DNA of 64,000 nucleotides from Rickettsiales bacterium (GCA_044237845.1 JBIIEL010000004.1:8812-72811), one strand, 5' to 3'; positions 36,339 to 46,533 are shown, counted from the stretch's first letter. Notes: generated by a model from the sequence alone, not told the origin. Numbers and translations: made by a program.

Positions 36339-36779
36339 ATGGGCAGCCCGACCTTTGAGCAATTTACCACTAACGATGCGGCGCAGTTTGCGCTGGCGCG
36401 CGCGATTCGCGAAGAAGTGTTTCTCGTGGAACAAGGCGTGCCGCCTGCGGATGAGTGGGACGCGTTTGAAGACGACGCGACGCATTTTCTGATGAGGATT
36501 AACGGCGAGGCGATGGGCACGGCGCGGGTGCGCATCCTCGGCGATGTGGCGAAGCTGGAGCGGATTGCCATCCGCAAGCCTGCACGTGGCAAGGGGTTGG
36601 GCGAGCAGCTGATGGTGCATTTGCTCGCCTTCGCGCGGCAGCAACCGGGCGTGACTAGCGCCAAACTCAGCGCGCAATGTTACGCGATTCCCTTCTATGA
36701 GAAATGCGGATTTGCCGTGGTGAGTGACGAATATTTGGACGCTGGCATTCCGCATAAAATGATGCAGATGGTGCTGTAG
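36339..36779 (+). CDS. GNAT-family N-acetyltransferase
   Basis: Motif A 'IAIRKPARGKGLGEQLM' and 'FYEKCGF'. The start is set at ATG 36339. Confidence 0.85.
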   Translation: MGSPTFEQFTTNDAAQFALARAIREEVFLVEQGVPPADEWDAFEDDATHFLMRINGEAMGTARVRILGDVAKLERIAIRKPARGKGLGEQLMVHLLAFARQQPGVTSAKLSAQCYAIPFYEKCGFAVVSDEYLDAGIPHKMMQMVL

Positions 36780-36783
36780 AAGA

Positions 36784-37524
36784 TTACTGCGTTCCCGGTT
36801 TGCGCTTGCGCTTTTTGAGGGCGACCATTGAGGCGAAATGGCCTTGTGGCGCGGGCGCGGCGGCGCCTTCTTCGGCTTTCGGCGCGGTGGCGCTTGTGCC
36901 AGTATAGGTGTTTTTGCGACACTCGATGGTGAAGCCACCCCCCTGACGGTTTTTGACTTCGAGGATGTATTTCTCGATCGGCTGTTTGGGATTGTCGCGG
37001 CGGCTGAAGATCATGAGATACAGCTTGCTCATGCTGTCGCCCGGAATGGTGGTTTCGGGGTATTCGAGATGGAGCGCTTCGAGTGCGTCGGCGGCTTCGT
37101 GGATATTCGCGTATTCCTTGCCCTTGAGCACGTTGCGTAGCACCGGGTGCCCCCAGTTGGGGCAACGCGCGGCGGGGCGTTTGCGCGCCGGGTGGGTTTT
37201 TAGCTCGCGCAGCATTTTTGTGGCAGTGATGGTGTAATGCGCGTCTTCGTCCTTCATCCGCACCACGCGTAGCGTGGCGTAATGGCCGAGGAACCCGGCT
37301 TGCTCTTCGTCCTCGCTCACCTCGAAATTGCGGATCCAGAGGGTGAGGGCGCGCGGATCGTCTTCTTGCTCGCTGGCATGAGTATAGGCGGTGCGGAGTT
37401 GGGTGAGGCGGGCAAGCGCGGGGGCTTCCTCGCGGAAACGGTAGAGGCCGTTGACGACAGCCGCCACCTGCGCGCTTAGCGCATTGGCGTAACGGGGTTT
37501 TTTCGGGGTCGAGCTGCTTGTCAT
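36784..37524 (-). CDS. Hypothetical protein with a basic C-terminal tail (KKRKRKPG)
   Basis: 246-aa ORF with host-like codon bias. I recognise no motif. Confidence 0.5.
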   Translation of the reverse strand: MTSSSTPKKPRYANALSAQVAAVVNGLYRFREEAPALARLTQLRTAYTHASEQEDDPRALTLWIRNFEVSEDEEQAGFLGHYATLRVVRMKDEDAHYTITATKMLRELKTHPARKRPAARCPNWGHPVLRNVLKGKEYANIHEAADALEALHLEYPETTIPGDSMSKLYLMIFSRRDNPKQPIEKYILEVKNRQGGGFTIECRKNTYTGTSATAPKAEEGAAAPAPQGHFASMVALKKRKRKPGTQ

Positions 37525-37676
37525 CGCCCCGAGGCTAGCATAGTCGGCCGGTCAGGGGAAGCCGTGATGAGAAATCAGGCAATTTTGGATGGTTTTTGCG
37601 CGTTTTGGTGCGGATTTCATCGAAATTAAACGGAAAATTAACCGCTGCGGGTGTATGATGGCGGCTTAAAGGTGGA

Positions 37677-38309
37677 ATGATGCCCGAGAAGAATACTGCA
37701 CCCAAGCATTATGTCGTCACGCAAGTGAAATGCGTCAGTGGGCACATCTATACGCATGCGCAAAGGGCGGGAGGCAGTGAGAAGATGGGATATCTGCCTC
37801 CAGAAGAATCATACCTGCCTAAAGAAAACGCAGATAAAGATGCCAAACCTAAGACGTGTGGGGCGGGGGATAAGCTGATCTACAAGGACAGCATCACGAT
37901 TATCCAGTCAAAGGGTATGATTGAGATTGAGTGCGTCGATGCAAAGCGCAACGTGATCTATTTGGCGATTGAGGGAAATAACGGGCTGCTCCTCAAGAAT
38001 AACGAAGTGGTGGAGACGTCGGGATTCATCGCCACGATTCAGCCAAAAATAAAGGCTGCGCTGGCGAATGTCGCGGGAGAGGGAAGAGATGCCGCATGGG
38101 CAGCGCTTGACTTGGCGGTGTCGGAGTTGGCGTTGGACAGCATTGCGTTGGCAATGAAGCAAAAAAAGGGCGAGACGGATGAAGCCTGCGCGGCGCGGAT
38201 GGCCGCGACCATCCAGAAATCGGAGAAGAGGTTCCCGCAGATTCAGGAGATTGTGAAGGTGCTGCGCGCCAACCCCCACCTCGAGGCGGGGGTGGCGGAT
38301 AGGGTTTAG
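37677..38309 (+). CDS. Hypothetical protein; the frame continues past its TAG for 65 more sense codons
   Basis: 210-aa ORF. I recognise no motif. See the finding on 37677-38507. Confidence 0.45.
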   Translation: MMPEKNTAPKHYVVTQVKCVSGHIYTHAQRAGGSEKMGYLPPEESYLPKENADKDAKPKTCGAGDKLIYKDSITIIQSKGMIEIECVDAKRNVIYLAIEGNNGLLLKNNEVVETSGFIATIQPKIKAALANVAGEGRDAAWAALDLAVSELALDSIALAMKQKKGETDEACAARMAATIQKSEKRFPQIQEIVKVLRANPHLEAGVADRV

Positions 38310-38589
38310 GACTATCTCGGTTTTGGGCTGGCGGATGGGAAAATCAACCCGAAAACGGAACAGGCCGCCATCCGCGACGTGCTCTCGCAGGCGGGCGGTA
38401 CGCTTGAAATCCGCGCCGAGGGATTTGAAATCGAGGTGGCTGGTCGGTGTTTTACCCTCGCCCCACCACCGCCAGCGCCCAAGGGCAAGGTGGTAAAAAA
38501 GCGTTGAGGCAGCCTCCACGCTGCGAATCTTCACAAAACTGTCATAAATCCTTAACTGTTTTCTGTTAGGTTGATGTGCAGGGGGAATT

Positions 38590-39630
38590 ATGAGCCAGAC
38601 GCCAAAGCCAACATTCATTCTCGATACGTCGTTCCTTTTGCATTTGTCGCGGTTTGATGCATTTTTTAATGAAATGCGGAAAGAGGGCAAGCTTCGCCCC
38701 GACCCATTCCCCGCCGAGAAAACACCGTTGCAAGGGCTGGAATATCTTGCACAGCGTGGCTGTCATTTCGTTATTCCTAACGAAGTGCTGCGTGAAATAA
38801 CGCAAAATAAGGGAGGAGATTGGGGCTTGGGGCTTGACGCCAATGGGGCTCCGTATCTGGATGTCGAATCCTTACGCAGAATAAAATATGACGACAACCG
38901 TATTTGGGGAAAGCAATTGGTCAACTATCTCCTAGCGCGCCATAAAGAGGGTGGAGTGCAGTGTTTTGGGTCTGCTGAGGAATATTTTAAGGCGCCCCCA
39001 AAAGAGACAGCGTGTTTTGCCATCGTTTCAGATTTGCACTCGCTCACTTCAGGGAATGGGTTTCAAGACGGCGATGCGTTTGCAAAAAGGAATCGTTCAG
39101 CACAGCACCACAAGCAGCAGATGGGCTTGAAAGACGATCGCCTTGTGAAAGGAGGTAAAGCGCAGTCTGGAGATGAGGAAATTCTCAAGATAAAAGACTA
39201 TTTTTCCACCGCTCCGTACGACAAGAGTTACAACATCAACCTATGTTTATTGTCGGACGATGGAGATCTGCTGGATAAGTTTCAACCTACAACTCAAGAA
39301 ATCAGAAGAGCTTGTCCTAAGCCGATGTTTGAAAGTACGAATATTTTATCTTATCTCGACCTGCTGGTGCAGAGCGGGTTTCTCCCCGCGGGCGTGAACC
39401 CCAAATTGCTCAGGGGGGCTTTTGAACAGTTTAGGGTGGCATCCTCTTCGCAAGGAGCCCACTTTCCAACGCAACCGAATGATTTGACAAAAATGATCGA
39501 TTATGCAGGGCTGAACAAGAGTGCTGCGGCCACTACTGTTGGCAATATTCATAATTTGGGGCAGGTGGGCAATGGTAGAGCGCAACACCCGCTCATCGCC
39601 ACACATCAAGACGGTGGGCGGACGGATTAA
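38590..39630 (+). CDS. Hypothetical protein with a PIN-like acidic-residue pattern
   Basis: 'FILDTSFLLHL', 'FVIPNEVLREI', 'GDEEILKI' and 'CLLSDDGDLL' match the order and spacing logic of the four PIN-domain acidic positions, with a large insertion between them. Confidence 0.45.
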   Translation: MSQTPKPTFILDTSFLLHLSRFDAFFNEMRKEGKLRPDPFPAEKTPLQGLEYLAQRGCHFVIPNEVLREITQNKGGDWGLGLDANGAPYLDVESLRRIKYDDNRIWGKQLVNYLLARHKEGGVQCFGSAEEYFKAPPKETACFAIVSDLHSLTSGNGFQDGDAFAKRNRSAQHHKQQMGLKDDRLVKGGKAQSGDEEILKIKDYFSTAPYDKSYNINLCLLSDDGDLLDKFQPTTQEIRRACPKPMFESTNILSYLDLLVQSGFLPAGVNPKLLRGAFEQFRVASSSQGAHFPTQPNDLTKMIDYAGLNKSAAATTVGNIHNLGQVGNGRAQHPLIATHQDGGRTD

Positions 39631-39854
39631 CCTTCGCCCTGATACGCAAACCGCGGCTTCTCCACACCATCCACGGTGATGCTGCCCTCGAACATCGCGC
39701 GGGGGCGGACCCAGAACTGGCCGCTTGGGTTGTCGTAGAGGCATTCGTAATGCACGAGTTCTTCGAGCGTTTCGCTGTGACGCACCAGCCCCAGCACGCG
39801 GTAGCGCGGGCCTTTGTAATGCTGGTAGATACCGCCAATGACGAGGTCGGCCAT
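39627..39854 (-). CDS. DUF1653-like small protein
   Basis: 'YQHYKGPRYRVLGLVRHSETLEELVHYECLYDNPSGQFWVRPRAMF'. Confidence 0.75.
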   Translation of the reverse strand: MADLVIGGIYQHYKGPRYRVLGLVRHSETLEELVHYECLYDNPSGQFWVRPRAMFEGSITVDGVEKPRFAYQGEG

Positions 39855-39857
39855 CGC

Positions 39858-41678
39858 TTACGCGCTTTTGGCTTTCTCGGCGCGTTTGCGCAGGTTGGGG
39901 TCGAGCAGCTTTTTGCGTAGGCGGATGGTTTTCGGGGTCACTTCCATCAGCTCATCGTCCTCGATATAGGCAATCGCCTGCTCGAGCGTCGGCACTTTCG
40001 GCGGGGTGAGGCGCACGGCCTCGTCCTTGCTCGTCGTGCGGATGTTGGTAAGCTGCTTGGCTTTCAGCGGGTTGACCTCGAGATCGTTCTCGCGGCTATG
40101 CTGGCCGATAATCATGCCCTCATAGACTTTCACGCCGCCCGGAATAATCATGAAGCCGCGCTCTTCGAGACCCCAGAGTGCGTAATCCGTTGCGACGCCG
40201 GTGGCGTTGGCGATCAGCACGCCGTTCCTGCGGCCTGCGATGTCGCCCTTATAGGGGCCGTAGCCGTGGAACAGGCGGCTCAGCACGCCGGAACCGCGCG
40301 TATCCGTCATGAATTCGCCCTGATAACCGATCATCCCGCGCGAGGGCATGATGAACTTCATGCGCAATTTGCCGCCGGAGGAGGGGCGCATTTCCGTCAT
40401 GTTCCCTTTGCGTAGGCTGAGTTTCTCGACCACGATGCCCGAGTATTCCTCGTCCACATCGACTTGTACTTCTTCCATCGGCTCCTCGCGCTCGCCCGCG
40501 TCGTTAGTGCGGAACAGCACGCGTGGGCGCGACACTGAAAGCTCGAAGCCTTCGCGGCGCATGGTTTCGATCAGCACGCCAAGTTGCAACTCGCCGCGGC
40601 CACCGACTTCGAACGCATCCGCCATTTCGGTTTCTTTGACGCGGATGGCGACGTTGGATTCGGCCTCTTTAAACAGGCGATCGCGGATCATGCGGCTGGT
40701 GACTTTGCTGCCTTCTGTGCCGGCGAGGGGGGAGTCGTTCACCGCGATGGTGATGGCCATGGTTGGCGGATCGATCGGCGTGGCGCGCAGTGGCGAAGTG
40801 AGTTCCAGCGCGCCGACCGTATCGGCCACGGTGGTGGCAGAAAGCCCCGCGATGGAGACGATAGAGCCAGCCTCCGCCTCGTTCACCGGGTTGCGCTCGA
40901 TGCCATCGAACGACAGCAGCTTGGTGATGCGGCCTTGCTCGACCACTTTGCCGTCGAGGCTGAGGCCTTTTACTGGCATGCCCACTTTGGCGATGCCGGA
41001 TTCGATTTTACCGGTGAGAATACGGCCGAGGAAGTTGTCGGACTCGATGAGGGTGACGAGGAAGGCGAACTGCGCCTCAGGGTCGGCATCCGGCGCTTCT
41101 ACGTAACTCACCACTTCGTCCATGATGCAGTGCAGGTTCTCGCGCGGAGCATCGAGGTCTTTCGCCGCCCAGCCGTTACGGCCAGAAGCGTAGATGACCG
41201 GGAAATCGAGCTGTGCGTCGTTCGCATCCAGCGCGACGAAGAGGTCGAAGACTTCGTTGAGCACTTCGTCCACGCGCGCATCCGGGCGGTCGACTTTGTT
41301 GATGATGACGATGGGGCGCAGACCCTGGGCGAGCGCTTTCATCAGTACGAATTTGGTTTGTGGCATTGGGCCTTCTGCGGCATCGACCAGCAGTAACACT
41401 CCGTCAACCATACCTAGTATGCGCTCCACCTCGCCACCGAAATCGGCGTGGCCGGGGGTGTCGATGATGTTGATGCGTGTGTCTTTCCACTGAATGCTGG
41501 TGCATTTCGCGAGAATGGTAATGCCGCGCTCTTTCTCGAGGTCGTTGCTATCCATCACGCGCTCTTCGACCTTCTGGTTGTCGCGGAAGGTGCCCGCCTG
41601 GCGGAGCATCACATCGATGAGGGTGGTTTTGCCGTGGTCGACGTGGGCGATGATGGCGACGTTACGAAGCTGTGTCAT
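39858..41678 (-). CDS. typA: Translational GTPase TypA/BipA
   Basis: '[15 protein letters not shown]', '[16 protein letters not shown]' and 'NKVDR'; 606 aa. Confidence 0.95.
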   Translation of the reverse strand: MTQLRNVAIIAHVDHGKTTLIDVMLRQAGTFRDNQKVEERVMDSNDLEKERGITILAKCTSIQWKDTRINIIDTPGHADFGGEVERILGMVDGVLLLVDAAEGPMPQTKFVLMKALAQGLRPIVIINKVDRPDARVDEVLNEVFDLFVALDANDAQLDFPVIYASGRNGWAAKDLDAPRENLHCIMDEVVSYVEAPDADPEAQFAFLVTLIESDNFLGRILTGKIESGIAKVGMPVKGLSLDGKVVEQGRITKLLSFDGIERNPVNEAEAGSIVSIAGLSATTVADTVGALELTSPLRATPIDPPTMAITIAVNDSPLAGTEGSKVTSRMIRDRLFKEAESNVAIRVKETEMADAFEVGGRGELQLGVLIETMRREGFELSVSRPRVLFRTNDAGEREEPMEEVQVDVDEEYSGIVVEKLSLRKGNMTEMRPSSGGKLRMKFIMPSRGMIGYQGEFMTDTRGSGVLSRLFHGYGPYKGDIAGRRNGVLIANATGVATDYALWGLEERGFMIIPGGVKVYEGMIIGQHSRENDLEVNPLKAKQLTNIRTTSKDEAVRLTPPKVPTLEQAIAYIEDDELMEVTPKTIRLRKKLLDPNLRKRAEKAKSA

Positions 41679-41944
41679 ATACTCTACAATCGGCGTGTTC
41701 TGGCGGCGAACTGCGTTGTCGTGCCCGGTGCTCGGTCACTCCTAGCATTTCAATCACCATCACCCGCCTTACGCTGGGGGTTAATCGGGGTAAAAAATCA
41801 GGTTGTGCGCCGCAATAAGTGATTTTGCCCGCCTTGGCCAGCGTTTTTGTTGAAAAAGGCCGGAATTCATCCGTTTTTATATGCTGCGTGGGGCGTGATT
41901 GCCCTTCAGAAGGCTGAAAAACGCAGCAAATTTCCGCCCCGGCC

Positions 41945-41960
41945 TTAAGAATTCCTTAAA
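41945..41960 (+). promoter_or_regulatory. TTAA-N7-TTAA (CtrA-box-like) motif upstream of the 1498-aa gene
   Basis: 'TTAAgaattccTTAAa' read directly, about 50-65 nt upstream of ATG 42011. Confidence 0.35.
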
Positions 41961-42010
41961 CCTTTGATGCTAGGGTGAAGAGGTAGAACCTTAATGCGTG
42001 AGAGAATTTT

Positions 42011-45000
42011 ATGCCACAGACCCTCAGTGAAAATACGCTCAAAACGGAGCGGAACATTCTGGCGCTTCTGGAGCAATCCGGACTGGCTGGCGAGCGCGCA
42101 ACCATCGACACGCTGGATGGCGTCTATACCAATATCCAAAAATCCCTTCAAACGGGGCGGCCATTAACCAAGCAACAGCTGATCACCGCGCAACAAACAA
42201 TCATGGATGTTGCTAAGAGTAAGCTGGAATACGCTGCAACGTTAGGTGCCAATGAGGTTTCCGCCGCGGGCTTCAAAAGCGTCAACGCGCTGCGTCAGGC
42301 CAACGCGCAGCTGATGGCATTGAACGAGCTGAATTCAGTGAATTATCCGGAGGAATCCCGGATTGAAACGGCCTATCCTGCCAAGGAAAATCTGTATTCA
42401 CCGGAACAGGCAAAAGAGTTGTTGCGGATTGCAGGCGAATATAAATCCGGAAAATATGCCGATAACTCTATTATCGTCGTCGAGTTCGGCGCCCATGTTG
42501 AACATTGCGTGAAGTATGATCTGCCCATCAATCAGGCCGCGCTGAAAGAAGCCAATGGCGAAATCAACAAGGTGAATGATCTGCGCGCAGCGGATGCGAA
42601 AATTCTGGATACGCACGATGCGAGCTTCGTTATCAATCCAAGCCAGCTTGAGGAGGTTGAGCGCACACAGGTGCGCAATGATTCTATCCGCACGCTTCAA
42701 CAGTTGAATTTAGATGTGCGTGAACCATTTGTACCTTCCCCATTCATGACCAAAGACCAAAATGGGCGGCCTGTCCAGGTTGGAGTCACAGCGGTAAACC
42801 GTGATCCGGAGACAGGTGAAATCACTTCTGTTGAGTACATCAACCCCAAAGACAGTGGCGACCGACATGCCGTGCAAAAATTTGCGGTTAAGGAGGGGGT
42901 CTTGGTTCTGCCGACCAGCACCATTCCCGAAGCTTCGGAGCTGGCCGGAAAAGTAAGCACCATCACGCATGGTGAACACAACATCAGCCTCGCACAATTT
43001 GATCAGGTGCTGAAAGAAACGCATGCATGGTACGAGAAAAAAGGCCTTGTTCCGGATATTTACAACAGTAACACCAGCAAATTTCCGTATGATTCGGCTA
43101 AAGATACGTTCGGTAGCCACGAGACGGATGCGCCGGGCGTTTATCGCCGTGCCGGTGGTATGCAGGAAATATTGATTGTGCGCGGAAAATCGGGGGAAGC
43201 CATCGCATTCAGCGGGGTATCAGAGCATGTTGGCACACAGTATGGCGAAGGTGAAGTTATTTTGCGGAGAGAAAATGATGGGCGGTGGCGTAAATTAGAT
43301 GCTGGCTATGCGCATGAAAACTTACGCAACCCCGATGGCAGCCCTATCGATTGGAAAGCGGTTGCGACTGTATCGACCGATGCCATTAAGGCTCCACTCC
43401 TCGCCGGCCATGAAAGTGGGCAGGAAGGAAATATTGCTGCCGCCAAGACCGTCACCGAAGCCCGCCAACGTGCGCTGAGTAAACTACAAAATGACCTCAG
43501 CAATACTGTGATGACCGCAGATAGCCGCTTTCTTTTTAACCCAAAAAATACGCAGCGGGGAGGCTTCGGCAGCCAGTACACATTCACCGCGGCGAGTGAT
43601 AGCCGCAGCGATGCCTCCACCCATAACGCGGCGGATGGTGCGCCACTTGGGATGACGACCAACATCACTGCTTCATATAACGCGGGCGATGGAATGGGGA
43701 CAGCGAACATGGCGCCCACTTCACCTTCGCTGCCGCCGCTTGAGAATACGCCGGTTTTGTATGATCCGCCGCTGACAGAGGCTCTAGCCGCGCAGCGTGC
43801 GTTGCAGGAAGTACAGACTAAAAATCAGCATTCTACGACACCGGTTGCGGGAATATCAGGTGAGCACGCCAATACGATCATGCAGTGGGTGGTGCATCGC
43901 ACCCGTACGGCGCTATTGAATGAAGAGCGCATGAGCAACCCAGAATCGCACGTATCGCTTGAGGAATTTTTTGCGAGCGAAGACGTGATGCCGGAACGTT
44001 GCGTGAAAGCCTTATCGCTCGCCGCTCCCCAGACGAGTCGCGGTTGGGAAATCGAGACTTTCCGTCACCAAACCGATCGATTGTTAAAGAATGGTCATGC
44101 AGGGCATGCGTTTCTGGTGGCGGCACTTCCTGTTACAACCCCGGCGGGTACGGTAGAAAAATCCTATTACCTCATCGACCCCACCTTCCGCCAATTCACA
44201 AAGCGCGACAATCCTGACCCATGGGTACAGGCAATGATCAAAACTCCGGAAGGGCACGCGCTCGTTCAGGGCTTGTTGACGCATGGTTATATGCCGCTTA
44301 CCGAGCAAACGGCAGAAATTTACCTCGGAAGCCATGTCAAGATTGCCGAAGAAAAGGCGCAATCCCCGAAGCCATCACCGGAGGTAAAAGGCCGTGCGTT
44401 GGAGCTGCTGAGAACGGAATCGTATGCTAGCATGTATGATTTTGGTGACGATTTTCTAGAGGTGGGTGGGCACCGCATCGATCTGCGCTCCCCGCAGATG
44501 GTGGCCGGTGTCAGCGATGTGATGGCTACATCGCATGTTCCGGCAGCCACCGCGGCAACAACCACCGCCCATAATGCGACGGGAGCGAGCACGCATACGA
44601 CCACGAACATGGGGGACGCATCTGGCACGACCACGCATGTTTCGGCAGGAACAGGGATGTCGCATAGCGAGCCACATACGGGCACGACCACGGGTGGCGT
44701 TTCCGGTCATGCGCCAAACGTTGCTTATAGCAGTGTAACGCCGGGGACGACTACCACCGCCCATACGTTCAATGTGGGTGGTACATCGGCAATGGTTGGA
44801 GCTGTGATGTTGCCGCAGGGCGGCGTAGGCCGCAGTTTCCAGGAAACGATGCGTAGTTTCTTTGATGGCACGGGCCTGCAGGCGTTGCCGTTACCCGCCC
44901 AGGCGCTGCCGTTGCCCGCCCAGGCGCTGCCGTTGCCTGCGAACGAGCATAACGCCTCTGCGCCGATGGCAACGCAGGATAAGAAGGCGACGACGTCCGC

Positions 45001-46507
45001 TGCGGTGATGGTGGACCATCACGTGGTGAACGGCGTTGGTGTTGCGATGTCGGTGCGCGAGTGGCAAGCTATCGATGAGAAGCGCAAGGCAGGGCAAAGC
45101 GTTTCGGCTGCAGAATATACGGCAGCGGCGCTGAATAGCGGCTCCACCGCAATGAGCGCGGCAGGCTTGAGCCTTGACGACATGGCCGCGCAGGGGCTTG
45201 CAAAGATAGCACCGAAGTTGGCACGTGGTGGTGGCCCGCTGGTTCAGGTCGCCCTTTCGGTGCCGATGCTGATGTCTGCGTATAAGACAGGCGATACGCA
45301 AACCATCGGCGCGGCGACCTGGGGCATCGGTGGTGGCATCGCTGCCGGTGTTGCCGGGCAGATGCTGATTCCTATCCCGGTCGTTGGATTCGTGGCCGGT
45401 GTGGTGGTGGGTGACGGAGCCGCAAAAATCGGCGGGCTGGTAAATACCATCGCCTATAACGACGACCCGGCCAAGCGCGAGGCGGCCAAGGCAGAGCTGC
45501 TAGAACTCGGCTATGATTATGCTGCCTCGCCAGGGGGGCCAATCAATCTACTTGGGGCCGCGACGTCCTCTATCGGCCGCGCGGTGACAGCGCTCGGGCA
45601 GGTGACACATTATGGCGGGCAGAAGCTCGATGAGTTGGCCGATTTTGGTAAAGAGCAATGCGACAAGCATCTGCCCAAAGTCGTATCAACTGTGGCCAAG
45701 GGCCTCATCACCTATTCCACAACACTCACCAGCACTACGCTGAAAGTGGCGGGTAAGACAGTCGAAGCAGTAGGTGAGATTGTGGACCATGGCGGGAAAG
45801 CCGCGGAATATATTGGCCATAAAGCAAACGATGCTGTGGAATATATCGCACAGGGTGTGACGAAAACGGCCAAGGAAATTTACCATCATCCGGAAAAAGC
45901 AGTTGCCATTATCACGACCCACACAAAGAGTGCGGCGCATACCGTAGTCAATGGTGTCAAAACAATCGGGAATGATATCAGCACGGCGGCGCAAGATACG
46001 TACGCAAGCTGCAAGAAAGAAGTCATGTCGTGGTTTGAAACGGATAGCGATAAGCGTTGGCAGGCAACGCTCACCGACCTTGAGAAAAAAGGCTGGGGCA
46101 AGCATGTCGGCAATCATGATAACCATATTACGCTGGATGAGCTGAAGAAAACTTTCAAGGATAAGGGCATTGCCTTTAACTCGCTCGATAAGAATGGCGA
46201 TGGCATCAGCGGCAAGGAGATTACGGATGCGCTACACCCCGCACAGAAACCTGCCCCCGACAAACAATGGCAGGCAACGCTTGTCGCGCTAGAGAAAAGT
46301 GGTTGGGGGAAATATCTCGGCAACCATGACAACCATATCACGCTGGATGAGGTGAAGAAAACCCTCGCTGCGCATGGGGTGGCGTTCGACAATAAGTCGC
46401 TCGATAAAAATGGCAACGGTATCGAGGCGAAAGAGATTGCAGATGCGCTGAATGCGCATGGCGTTGCCCATCACGGCGCGAAGAAGCCGACCACTGGCCG
46501 CGCATAG
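42011..46507 (+). CDS. Giant multidomain protein (1498 aa): unique N-terminus, transglutaminase-like C-H-D module, Thr/Gly/His-rich linker, glycine-zipper hydrophobic region, 2 EF-hand-like repeats
   Basis: A single long ORF with no signal peptide. Its modules are shared with the two downstream genes (see findings). Confidence 0.8.
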   Translation: MPQTLSENTLKTERNILALLEQSGLAGERATIDTLDGVYTNIQKSLQTGRPLTKQQLITAQQTIMDVAKSKLEYAATLGANEVSAAGFKSVNALRQANAQLMALNELNSVNYPEESRIETAYPAKENLYSPEQAKELLRIAGEYKSGKYADNSIIVVEFGAHVEHCVKYDLPINQAALKEANGEINKVNDLRAADAKILDTHDASFVINPSQLEEVERTQVRNDSIRTLQQLNLDVREPFVPSPFMTKDQNGRPVQVGVTAVNRDPETGEITSVEYINPKDSGDRHAVQKFAVKEGVLVLPTSTIPEASELAGKVSTITHGEHNISLAQFDQVLKETHAWYEKKGLVPDIYNSNTSKFPYDSAKDTFGSHETDAPGVYRRAGGMQEILIVRGKSGEAIAFSGVSEHVGTQYGEGEVILRRENDGRWRKLDAGYAHENLRNPDGSPIDWKAVATVSTDAIKAPLLAGHESGQEGNIAAAKTVTEARQRALSKLQNDLSNTVMTADSRFLFNPKNTQRGGFGSQYTFTAASDSRSDASTHNAADGAPLGMTTNITASYNAGDGMGTANMAPTSPSLPPLENTPVLYDPPLTEALAAQRALQEVQTKNQHSTTPVAGISGEHANTIMQWVVHRTRTALLNEERMSNPESHVSLEEFFASEDVMPERCVKALSLAAPQTSRGWEIETFRHQTDRLLKNGHAGHAFLVAALPVTTPAGTVEKSYYLIDPTFRQFTKRDNPDPWVQAMIKTPEGHALVQGLLTHGYMPLTEQTAEIYLGSHVKIAEEKAQSPKPSPEVKGRALELLRTESYASMYDFGDDFLEVGGHRIDLRSPQMVAGVSDVMATSHVPAATAATTTAHNATGASTHTTTNMGDASGTTTHVSAGTGMSHSEPHTGTTTGGVSGHAPNVAYSSVTPGTTTTAHTFNVGGTSAMVGAVMLPQGGVGRSFQETMRSFFDGTGLQALPLPAQALPLPAQALPLPANEHNASAPMATQDKKATTSAAVMVDHHVVNGVGVAMSVREWQAIDEKRKAGQSVSAAEYTAAALNSGSTAMSAAGLSLDDMAAQGLAKIAPKLARGGGPLVQVALSVPMLMSAYKTGDTQTIGAATWGIGGGIAAGVAGQMLIPIPVVGFVAGVVVGDGAAKIGGLVNTIAYNDDPAKREAAKAELLELGYDYAASPGGPINLLGAATSSIGRAVTALGQVTHYGGQKLDELADFGKEQCDKHLPKVVSTVAKGLITYSTTLTSTTLKVAGKTVEAVGEIVDHGGKAAEYIGHKANDAVEYIAQGVTKTAKEIYHHPEKAVAIITTHTKSAAHTVVNGVKTIGNDISTAAQDTYASCKKEVMSWFETDSDKRWQATLTDLEKKGWGKHVGNHDNHITLDELKKTFKDKGIAFNSLDKNGDGISGKEITDALHPAQKPAPDKQWQATLVALEKSGWGKYLGNHDNHITLDEVKKTLAAHGVAFDNKSLDKNGNGIEAKEIADALNAHGVAHHGAKKPTTGRA
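44879..44941 (+). repeat. 3 x 21-nt tandem repeat inside the giant gene, encoding (QALPLPA)x3
   Basis: caggcgttgccgttacccgcc / caggcgctgccgttgcccgcc / caggcgctgccgttgcctgcg, read directly. Confidence 0.9.
46050..46465 (+). repeat. Two tandem ~190-nt coding repeats (EF-hand-like ~62-aa modules)
   Basis: 'WQATLTDLEKKGWGKHVGNHDNHITLDELKK...LDKNGDGISGKEITDAL' is followed by 'WQATLVALEKSGWGKYLGNHDNHITLDEVKK...LDKNGNGIEAKEIADAL'. Confidence 0.85.
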
Positions 46508-46533
46508 AGATCGAGCTGACTAGGCTGGGATTC

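Noticed and set aside
37626-37642. CtrA-like box 'TTAAacggaaaaTTAAC' upstream of 37677
   Set aside because: The spacer is 8 nt, not the canonical 7, so the half-sites would be out of register. It is not reported as a site.
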